From an uncultured Gemmatimonadales bacterium (GTDB taxonomy: Bacteria > Gemmatimonadota > Gemmatimonadetes > Gemmatimonadales > GWC2-71-9): 64,000 nucleotides of DNA. The position numbers and the translations under genes were made by a program. The notes under the pieces were generated by a model. The model had not been told where the DNA came from, ran no database searches, and saw nothing but the letters and a program-made list of their open reading frames with translations. Each line of letters begins with the position of its first letter. Position 1 is the first letter of the stretch. This document shows positions 9,726-17,549 of this stretch, one piece after another. The DNA lies in NCBI GenBank assembly GCA_963729985.1, contig CAVSPJ010000001.1:896156-960155 (forward strand), given 5' to 3'.

Positions 9726-11644
9726 TGGCGCGTCGCTCAGCCCTTCGGCTCGCGCTCACGCTGGCCCTGGCACCGGCCTGCGGCGGCGACAATCTCACGC
9801 TGCCCGACGAGGGCGAGCCGGCGGTCATCGAGATCGCCCGAGGCGACCGCCAAAACGGGACGGTGGGTGAGGCGCTGGGGGACTCGCTGGTGGTCCAGGT
9901 GAGTGATCGCTTTGACACCCCGGTCGGCGGGGTGACGGTGATCTGGTCGGCCGAGCGGGGTGGGAGCGTGGATCCGCATGCGAGCGTCACCGCGGCCGAC
10001 GGCCGGGCCGGGACCCGGCGCGTACTCGGCCCCCAGCCCGACACCTACCTCACCGTCGCGACGGTCGACGGTCTCTCCGAGCCGGCGACCTTTACGAGCA
10101 CCGCGCTCACGGCGAAGCTGGTCTTCACGTCCGAGCTGCCCGCCATCGCGGTTTCCGGAGTTCCCCTCTCCCCGCAACCGACGCTACGACTGCAGGACGC
10201 CGACGGCAGCCCGATCGCGCGGGAAGGGGTCATCGTGACGGTGCAGATCGCCTCGGGCGGCGGGTCTCTGGTGGGGGCAACCACGGCGACCAGCGACGCC
10301 GAGGGCCTGGTGGCGTTCGATGGTCTGGCCATCAGTGGGTCGCCGGGCACCCGCAGGCTCATCTTCGCGGCCGATGCCTTCGCGCCGGCGACTACACCAC
10401 CGATCGCGCTGGGCGTCGGCGCGCCCGCGTCGATCGAGCTCGCGGCCGGCGACGATCAGAGCGCCACTGTGGGCGAAGCGGTTTCCATCGATCCTTCCGT
10501 CCTCGTTCGAGACGCGGACGGAAACCCGCTGGGCGGCATCCCGGTGACGTTCACGGTGACGAGCGGCGCCGGCACCGTCTCGGACAACACGCCCATTACC
10601 GGTGCCGACGGGGTCGCCGCGGTGGGCGAGTGGAAGCTGGGGGGCACCGCCGGGGAGAATACCCTCTCCGCGGCCGTGGCGGGGCAGGCCCTGAGTGGCA
10701 GTCCGGTGGTCTTTTCCGCCACTGGGGTCCCGGACGACGCGAGCGCCGGGCAAAGCACCGTCACCGCCGTACCGGCGACGATCAACGCCTCCAGCGGCTC
10801 GAGCTTCTCGACCATCACGGTCACGGTGCGCGACCGGTATGACAACCCGTTGGCGGGAGTGGCGGTGACGCTGGCGGTCACGGGCTCCGGCTCCGGAAAC
10901 ACCCTGGTCCAGCCGGCCGGCCCCACCGGCCCCGACGGAGTGGCCACCGGCAAATTCAGCTCGTCCGCGGTGGGGAGCCGCACGATCACCGCCACCGCCG
11001 ACGGCGTCGCCATCGAACAGACCGCCACGGTAGCGGTCGGCGCCGGCGGGCCCTCCGCCTCCACCAGCTCGGCCACGGTACCGAGCGGCCGGGCCGGCCA
11101 GCCTACTACGATCGAAGTTCTGCTGAAGGACGCGCTGGGCAACCCGGTGAGCGGCGCGGCCGACGCGATCGTGTTGACCATTGCGGGGGCCAACAATGTC
11201 GGCAGTTTGCCCGCGGGCGACCAGGGCGGCGGTCGATACACGGTGAGGTACACGCCGCAGGTTGCCGGCACGGACCAGGTGACGATCCGGGTCGCGGGAG
11301 TGGCGTTGGCCGGCTCGCCGTTTTCCAGTCAGATCGGGTCCGGTCCGACGGTAGCGTCGCAGAGCACCGCCACCGTACCGGCTCGAGTCTCCGTCTTCAC
11401 GCCGTTTACCATCACGATCACGGCCCGGGACCAATTCGGGAACCAGGCCACGCAGGGCGGAGATCCCTTCGAGCTGAGGATCGATGACGGCGCACCGCGG
11501 ACCTTGACCGATAACGGGAACGGTACCTACCAGGTGACGATTGCGAGCTTTTCGCTGTCGGTGGGGTCGCACCAGGTGTTCGTCACGCTGGGGGGCGCGG
11601 ACATCAAGGGGAGCCCGTATCAGCTCGTAATCTCGTTCCCCTAG
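9725..11644 (+). CDS. Ig-fold repeat lipoprotein, paralog 5 (Big_1 repeats plus two filamin-like repeats)
   Basis: ORF 9722..11644. ATG 9725 overlaps the stop of paralog 4 (TGATG). Lipobox LAPAC-GGD. C-terminal DQGGGRYTVRYTPQVAGTDQVTIRVAGVALAGSPF and DNGNGTYQVTI...HQVFVTLGGADIKGSPY resemble filamin/ABP280 repeats. Confidence 0.75.
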   Translation: MARRSALRLALTLALAPACGGDNLTLPDEGEPAVIEIARGDRQNGTVGEALGDSLVVQVSDRFDTPVGGVTVIWSAERGGSVDPHASVTAADGRAGTRRVLGPQPDTYLTVATVDGLSEPATFTSTALTAKLVFTSELPAIAVSGVPLSPQPTLRLQDADGSPIAREGVIVTVQIASGGGSLVGATTATSDAEGLVAFDGLAISGSPGTRRLIFAADAFAPATTPPIALGVGAPASIELAAGDDQSATVGEAVSIDPSVLVRDADGNPLGGIPVTFTVTSGAGTVSDNTPITGADGVAAVGEWKLGGTAGENTLSAAVAGQALSGSPVVFSATGVPDDASAGQSTVTAVPATINASSGSSFSTITVTVRDRYDNPLAGVAVTLAVTGSGSGNTLVQPAGPTGPDGVATGKFSSSAVGSRTITATADGVAIEQTATVAVGAGGPSASTSSATVPSGRAGQPTTIEVLLKDALGNPVSGAADAIVLTIAGANNVGSLPAGDQGGGRYTVRYTPQVAGTDQVTIRVAGVALAGSPFSSQIGSGPTVASQSTATVPARVSVFTPFTITITARDQFGNQATQGGDPFELRIDDGAPRTLTDNGNGTYQVTIASFSLSVGSHQVFVTLGGADIKGSPYQLVISFP

Positions 11645-11706
11645 ACGGGACGTAGCGCCAACGTCGGCAAGTACTTATCCGTGCAGTTGGGCGGAGTTAT
11701 GCGGGG

Positions 11707-11735
11707 TTGATTCCCCTTTCTCCGGCCGCTATCTT
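11707..11735 (+). promoter_or_regulatory. sigma70-like promoter for the tRNA-Leu/tRNA-Thr pair
   Basis: TTGATT (11707-11712), 17-nt spacer, TATCTT (11730-11735). The tRNA starts 11 nt downstream. Confidence 0.45.
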
Positions 11736-11746
11736 GCGCCCCGCAC

Positions 11747-11828
11747 GCCCTGGTGGTGAAACTGGTAGACACGCTATCTTGAGGGGGTAGTGCCGAAAGG
11801 CGTCGCGGTTCGAATCCGCGCCAGGGCA
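11747..11828 (+). tRNA. tRNA-Leu(GAG)
   Basis: Folded by hand. Acceptor GCCCTGG/CCAGGGC, anticodon stem CTATC/GGTAG, loop TTGAGGG, 13-nt variable arm, T-arm CGCGG-TTCGAAT-CCGCG. Confidence 0.9.
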
Positions 11829-11837
11829 TCGACATCG

Positions 11838-11859
11838 GGGGCGCGTCCACACGCGCCCC
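11838..11859 (+). other. GC-rich stem-loop in the tRNA-Leu/tRNA-Thr spacer
   Basis: GGGGCGCGT-ccac-ACGCGCCCC, 9-bp perfect stem. Possibly a processing or pausing element. Confidence 0.4.
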
Positions 11860-11872
11860 TCATTGCTGACCA

Positions 11873-11944
11873 GCCACTGTAGCTCAGGGGTAGAGCTCTC
11901 GATTCGTAATCGAGCGGTCGTCGGTTCAAATCCGACCAGTGGCT
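11873..11944 (+). tRNA. tRNA-Thr(CGT)
   Basis: Acceptor GCCACTG/CAGTGGC, D-arm GCTC-AGGGGTA-GAGC, anticodon stem CTCGA/TCGAG, loop TTCGTAA, T-arm GTCGG-TTCAAAT-CCGAC. Confidence 0.9.
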
Positions 11945-11963
11945 CTCGCCGCAACCCAGGCTT

Positions 11964-12401
11964 CTAGTCCGCAGCGTCGAACCGCACCAGCACCCGCAGC
12001 ACGAACAACAACAGCGCCGTGACCGTCCCAGCCAGCACGAAGAACCCCAGACCCGCCGCGACACCGACCGCCGCCGTGGCCCAGACCGATGCGGCCGTGG
12101 TGAGGCCCCGGACGCGCTGCTCCTGCGGTCCCACGAAGATCACCCCACTCCCCAGAAACCCGACGCCGATTGCCACCGCCTGGATGACCCGGATGGGGTC
12201 GGCCTGTAGGGCATCGGAGTTGGGGGGGATATTCGACACCGACATCTCGGCGATCGCAGTGTAGAGCGCGGCGGCGATGCCGACCAGCATGTGGGTGCGT
12301 AAGCCGGCGGGCTTGTGGGCGTGCTCGCGCTCCCAGCCGAGCAGCGCCGCCAGCACGGCGGCCACCAGCAATCGAACCAGCATGAGAAGCTCGGGATCCA
12401 C
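11964..12401 (-). CDS. MgtC/SapB family membrane protein
   Basis: 145-aa ORF. LLGWEREHAHKPAGLRTHMLVG is the MgtC signature; four hydrophobic helices. Confidence 0.8.
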   Translation of the reverse strand: MDPELLMLVRLLVAAVLAALLGWEREHAHKPAGLRTHMLVGIAAALYTAIAEMSVSNIPPNSDALQADPIRVIQAVAIGVGFLGSGVIFVGPQEQRVRGLTTAASVWATAAVGVAAGLGFFVLAGTVTALLLFVLRVLVRFDAAD

Positions 12402-12467
12402 CGGGACCTCGCGAAGGGGATCCCGATAAACTAGCGGCGCTCCGCCGTACGGGAGAGGTGCCTTGGG

Positions 12468-13532
12468 CTAGCTACGCGCGCCGGTGGTGAGCATCCGGCG
12501 CAGCGGGTGGCGGGCGTAAATCGGTTGGAGGGCGAGGTAGCGAGTCATGACCGCGGTGCCCGGCACCAGCAGCTCATAGTGCTCGAGAAGCTCGGACGCC
12601 TGGAGATCGGCCGGGTCGGTGTCCGTGGTGGTGGCCTGGAGGAAATGGACCGCGAAGGCGATCGCCTCCGCCTGATGCTCGGACGCGCTCTGGTGGCCGT
12701 ACCGGTGGCTGTCGGGGATGGGCGCGATTCCCCGCCACAGGATGTTCAGCTGTCCCGAAGCGCGTGCCTGCCACCGATGGGCCAGCTCGTGAGCCAGCGC
12801 ATGCCGGAGCTGCTCCTGGCTGCTCATCCGCGCCGGGTCGAGCGCCAGCGAGTCGCGCGAGGCGATGTACTCTCCCAGCCGACCCGCCCGGCGCCCGCGA
12901 TCGCCTACCAGCCCGGCGGGGCGCGCCGGCCGGCCGAACAGCGCATACAGGGTGTCGGCGTACACACTGCGCTCGATCGAGCGGGTGACCAGCCAGATCG
13001 CGGCTGGGTCCCGGGGATTGACCAGCGGGTGGTCGGGCCGCCGCTCGCGCGAGGCGACGCTATCGAGCCACCGTGGCCGCTCGGCCATATCCAGCAGGGT
13101 TCCCGGCGCCTCGGTTCCGAAGACGCCGCCATCCACCCGGAAGACGTACACCGGCCTGCCCCGGGCCGAATCGGCGTAGGCCAGTGATACCATCGGCGCC
13201 CGCCACGCGCGGCCCTCGCGCAGCCGGACCGGCCCGATCAACGGGTAGGTCTGAGCCAGGCGGCCGTCCATCGACAGGAAGACCAGGCCCGTGTCGGTGA
13301 CGATGAACCGGCCCGGCCGCGGAGGCAGCCCGCGAGGAGACAGGAAGCCGCCGATCTCCGCCCCGACCGGGAGCGCGCCCGACCTCGCGCGGCCGGGCCG
13401 GTCCATCGGCACCGGGGCCGGGCGCGCGGTATCGCCGGCGGTCCCGAACACGTAGCCCATCGCGCCGCCGGACGCGCGCTCACCCGCGGCGGAGGCCGCG
13501 AGCGCCACGAGCAAGAGGAGAGGGGCGCGCAC
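12468..13532 (-). CDS. secreted hypothetical protein with an HExxH motif (putative zinc metallopeptidase)
   Basis: 354-aa ORF with a signal peptide (LLLLVALAASAAG). Single HELAH motif (ALAHELAHRWQ). No family recognised. Confidence 0.45.
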   Translation of the reverse strand: MRAPLLLLVALAASAAGERASGGAMGYVFGTAGDTARPAPVPMDRPGRARSGALPVGAEIGGFLSPRGLPPRPGRFIVTDTGLVFLSMDGRLAQTYPLIGPVRLREGRAWRAPMVSLAYADSARGRPVYVFRVDGGVFGTEAPGTLLDMAERPRWLDSVASRERRPDHPLVNPRDPAAIWLVTRSIERSVYADTLYALFGRPARPAGLVGDRGRRAGRLGEYIASRDSLALDPARMSSQEQLRHALAHELAHRWQARASGQLNILWRGIAPIPDSHRYGHQSASEHQAEAIAFAVHFLQATTTDTDPADLQASELLEHYELLVPGTAVMTRYLALQPIYARHPLRRMLTTGARS

Positions 13533-13537
13533 TCCGC

Positions 13538-13741
13538 TCAGAGCCGGGCGTAACCCGCCGACTCGGCCGGCGGGGCGTCGGAGGCGCTCGCGGGATCTAC
13601 CCAGGTGGTTCTCACCAGGATCGCGACGAGCAGCAGGATCAGAAGGATCATGGAGCCGAGAATGGCGGCGGCGGCCCGTTCGGGGACGGGAGCGACGGCG
13701 GCTGCGGTGGCGGTCGGCGGTGCGCTGGAGTCGGCGGACAC
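13538..13741 (-). CDS. small single-pass membrane protein (hypothetical)
   Basis: 67-aa ORF with one TM helix (ILGSMILLILLLVAILV). It ends 5 nt before the start of the downstream HExxH gene. Confidence 0.35.
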   Translation of the reverse strand: MSADSSAPPTATAAAVAPVPERAAAAILGSMILLILLLVAILVRTTWVDPASASDAPPAESAGYARL

Positions 13742-13782
13742 TGGTCGGGTTCCGGTCTCTGGATGAGTTTGAGGGTGGTGGA

Positions 13783-15218
13783 TCAGCCGGGTATACGAAG
13801 CCGCGTGCCGGCCCGGATGGCGTGCTCGTTCCGGATCGAGTTGACCCGTCGCAGCGCCTTGACCGACACCCGGTAGTGTTGCGCGATGCCGCTCAGCGTC
13901 TCGCCTCGCCGCACCCGGTGGGTCCGCGAGGGGGCCGAATGGTGTGGCCGGCGCTCGCCCGCGGCGCGGATCGCGAGCGCCGAGGGGATCGCGACGGTCG
14001 GCACGACCAGCTGGGCGCCCGGGTGCGGGCGCGGGCCGTACTTGGGATTGGCGGCACGCAGGTCCGCCAGCGGGATCCGGTACCTTGCCGCGATCGTGGT
14101 GAGGCGCTCGCGCTTCCGGACCACATGGGTCAGGTAGTGGACCCGCTCATCGGGCGCGAGGTTCGCGTACGCCTCGGCGACAGCGGGCCCCGATCCGGGG
14201 GGAGGCGGACGACCGACGTGGTATTCGGCGGTGTCGCGAGCCTGAGATACTGGGGATTGAGGTCGCGGACCTCGCCCAGGCTGATGTCGGCCAGCACGGC
14301 TACCACGTCCAGACCGGTAGCCTCGGTGACGACCAGGGAATCGTAGGTGAACCGCTCCACCGGCGCGGTCTCGATGCCGTAGCGCGCCGGCTGCTTGGCG
14401 ATGATGGCGGCGGCGATGAGCTTGGGGACGTAGTCCCGGGTCTCCGTGGCCAGCAGATCGGAGTCGGCGAGCCGGAAGAAGGCGGCATTGCCGGAGATGC
14501 CGGCATCGGCGCCGTCGTCCGCGTCTTCGTCGGCCGCCTCGACCGGCTCCAGCTTCCCGAGGCTGCGCGAGACCTTTCCGGCGCCGGCGTTGTAGGCCGC
14601 GGCCGCCAGATAGAGCGAGCCGAACCGCTGGCGCAGGTCGCGGAGATGTCGCGCCGCCGCCTCGGTGGCCTTGACCGGGTCCCGGCGCTCGTCCACCCAG
14701 GTATCCACCCGAAGTCCGTATCCCCGGCCGGTCCCGCGCATGAACTGCCACATGCCGACGGCGTAGGCCCGGCTCACCGCCTCGCTCGAGTAGCCGCTCT
14801 CGATCAGCGCGAGGTAGACCAGATCGCCGGGGAGTCCTTCGGCCTCGAACCGCTCGCGGATCATCGGCTCGTATCGGGCACCCCGCTCGAGCATCGACGC
14901 CATCCGGGTCGGCGGTACCCTGCGGAAGTACTCCAGGTAGTGCTGTACCCGCGGATGCGAGGCGTAGGTGCTGACGTCGATGTCCCAGGTGACGGCGTCC
15001 GCATCGAGCGAGCCGACGTCGCCATCGGGCGCTGCGCTCGCGAAGTCGTCGAGCGGCTCGGCGGTGGCCTGCCTGCTGGGAAGCGAACCGACCGTGACGG
15101 GCGAGAGACTGTCCTGAACCGGGGCGGAGATCGGGGCGGTCGCCGGAGCCGGCGGCAGGCCTGTGGCGCACGCACTGAGGAGCACGACTCCGATGGAGAG
15201 GTTCAGCAGTCGCTGCAT
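13783..15218 (-). CDS. MltD-like lytic transglycosylase with two C-terminal LysM domains; one frame break as sequenced
   Basis: SLT block LALIESGYSSEAVSRAYAVGMWQF...AAYNAG lies in frame of ORF 14130..15287. The LysM repeats (HVVRKRERLTTIAARYRIPLADL; HRVRRGETLSGIAQHYRVSVKAL) lie in frame of ORF 13783..15363. The frames join at the G6 run 14197-14202. Confidence 0.8.
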
Positions 15219-15387
15219 GTCGGCCGTAGGCTGAGTTCTGAGGTAGGAGCGCCCGGTCCAGTTGGAAGCACAAAGCGGGCCGTGCACGAGCCTCAGCTAA
15301 GTCGTTGTCCAAATGGGAATTGCGGAGAGAATTTCGGCTCGGCGGCGGGGCGAGATCAGGCAAAAGTCGAAGGGCTCGGCAATTCGC

Positions 15388-16591
15388 CTAGCGGGCGCCT
15401 CCTTCCTCAGTGAGCCAGAGCGAGTAGACCTCTGAGCCTTTCGGATGCCCGTTCTCCGCCACGACGGTCGTGACCGACAGCCGCACCCGACCGCCATGCG
15501 TGACGTCGAGGCGCATGAAGCCGGCCGCCTCGCGCTCGAACAGCGATCCTTCGATGTCGCGGACCACGCTGGCATGGCCCAAGATTCCCGCGCCGCTCAC
15601 CAGCTGGAATGCGGCCTTGGTGACACGGGGGCGTCCCCCGCGGATGACCTGGAGGTCGTGGTCGTGGCCCGACGCCACGACCAGGGGCGGGTCGCGGGCG
15701 AAGGCGCGCTCGAAGGCGACCCGCATCTCCCGGTATTTCTTGCCGGTGACGTCCTGGTTGGAGATGCCCATCTGGCGCGCGAACGGGTAGATCGATCCGA
15801 TCACGGGCAGGGGCAGCCAGAGCCACCGCTTGAAGTTGCGCAGCGGAAAGATGTGGTCCATCAGGGTGAAGGAACCGCCGTGGATACCGCCCGAGCGCAT
15901 TGGATGGTGAGTGAGAACGATCGCGTGCCGCGTACCCTTGTCCCGGAGGGCACCGGCGAGCGAGTCCGCGACCTCGTCGTAGGTGCGGGTGGGGCATGGC
16001 GACGTATCGCCGTACGGCTTCACGTCGTTGTGCAGCCACCACTCGGTGTCGAGCGCGATCAGCCGCACCCGGGCGTCGAGGTCGACGACGTCGGGCCCCG
16101 GGCATCCATCCGAGGGCGCCAGCCGTACGTCCTCGCCCCCGAATTTCCGGACCAGCGTGTCCTGCCGCCGGATGGAGTTCCAGCCTTCACGGCCCTGGCG
16201 GTCCCAATCATGGTTGCCCGGAATCAGGAGTCCCTGGGCGCTCCCCTTGCGGATCGCCAGCACCTGGGCCGCGACCTTCTTCTCCGCGTCGTCGCGATTG
16301 GGGTGACCGAGCGGTGGGACGCCGCGCGGGTAGACGTTGTCGCCCAGGAACACCACGAACTGGCGTACCGGCCGGAGCGAGTCCGACTGGCGGGCCAGCT
16401 CCTGGAGCACGGGCTCGCCGTCGTAGGCCTCGCTGCCGGCGTCGCCGATGAGGAACAGGCTCAGCTCGATGCTGTCCTTCGGCGTCACCGGCGCCGGTGC
16501 CAACGTGGCCGGCTCCAGGGCGGGGGTGCAGGCGGCGGACGCCGATGAGGGCCGCCGCGATCCACGCCCGCGCGTCAGGGGCGATATGCAT
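15388..16591 (-). CDS. calcineurin-like metallophosphoesterase, probable lipoprotein; frame break inside the signal peptide
   Basis: GDAG...FLGDNVYPRG...GNHDW...THHP...GHDH motifs. ATG 16591 gives MHIAPDARAWIAAALIG. The next frame continues SAACTPALEPATLAPAPV, and the join is near 16540. Confidence 0.75.
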
Positions 16592-17420
16592 AGCCGGTGA
16601 TGGTGGCCTGCTTCCCGGCAGCCTCGTCGCCGATCAGCAGCGTCAGGTCCGGGGCGATGGCGATGCCTTCCGGCTGCCGGTGAAGGGTACCGCTCAACTT
16701 TCCGCCGCCAAGCACCTTTCCGGTCGAATCGACCTCGGCGTACACCCGCTGCGGCCCGGCGACCATCAGGTAGGTCCCGGTGCGCGGGTGCCGGGTGATG
16801 GCCGATCCGGAGAAGCGCTTGGCGCCGGTGACCCGTTGGAGATCGGCCTCGGCAATGGTGATCCGTGGCTCGGGCTCGAACTCGCCCGTGTCGGGCGAGA
16901 GGGCGAGAATCACGACCAGCCCTTCCCAGCGCTTGCCCTTCGTCCTTTTGCAGAGCAGCAGCAGCGACCGGGTGCCGGCGTCCCAGACCATCCCCTCCAC
17001 CTCGCAGGCGCCGCCGAGCCCGCGATTCACCCGAACCGGCGGTCTCGTTTCCCCGTCGGCTGCTTCTCGCCCTTCGATGACCTGGCCTTCGCTGGTGACC
17101 AGGAAAACGCGGTCGCCAACCACCTGGATGTCCTCGAAATCCCCCAGAATCGGGCCGCCGCCGCCGCCGATGCCGAACCGCTTGACCGAGAGCCCCCGCG
17201 CCACATCGATCTGGTGCACGACCGCCTGCTCGTCACCGTGGGCGAACAGCCGGCCATCGGGGGTGTAGGCCAGGCCGGAGAGCTCCGCCAGGTCGGCCGG
17301 AAGCATGACCCGAAGCGAGGTCGGGCCCTCCGGGTCGTAGTGCTTCAGACCGGCGGACGACTGGGCCGCAGCGCAGCCCGCGACGCCGAAGCCGAGCAGG
17401 ATGAGGAGCGATGGATACAT
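16575..17420 (-). CDS. SdiA-regulated/YjiK-like beta-propeller lipoprotein
   Basis: ORF 16575..17522; likely ATG at 17420 (MYPSLLILLGFGVAGC). Contains ELSGLAYTPDGRLFA...EGMVWD...QPEGIAIAPD. Confidence 0.55.
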   Translation of the reverse strand: MYPSLLILLGFGVAGCAAAQSSAGLKHYDPEGPTSLRVMLPADLAELSGLAYTPDGRLFAHGDEQAVVHQIDVARGLSVKRFGIGGGGGPILGDFEDIQVVGDRVFLVTSEGQVIEGREAADGETRPPVRVNRGLGGACEVEGMVWDAGTRSLLLLCKRTKGKRWEGLVVILALSPDTGEFEPEPRITIAEADLQRVTGAKRFSGSAITRHPRTGTYLMVAGPQRVYAEVDSTGKVLGGGKLSGTLHRQPEGIAIAPDLTLLIGDEAAGKQATITGYAYRP

Positions 17421-17549
17421 TCTGCATGGGAGTATAACGCCGTCGGGAAACGGGCTCCCGGCTAGTGCGTTCCCTGTACCCGCAGGGGACGCGCAGCAAT
17501 ATTTTCGAGGGCTCTTCCGCAATCACGCAGGCGGGTAGAGGATTGTCAC

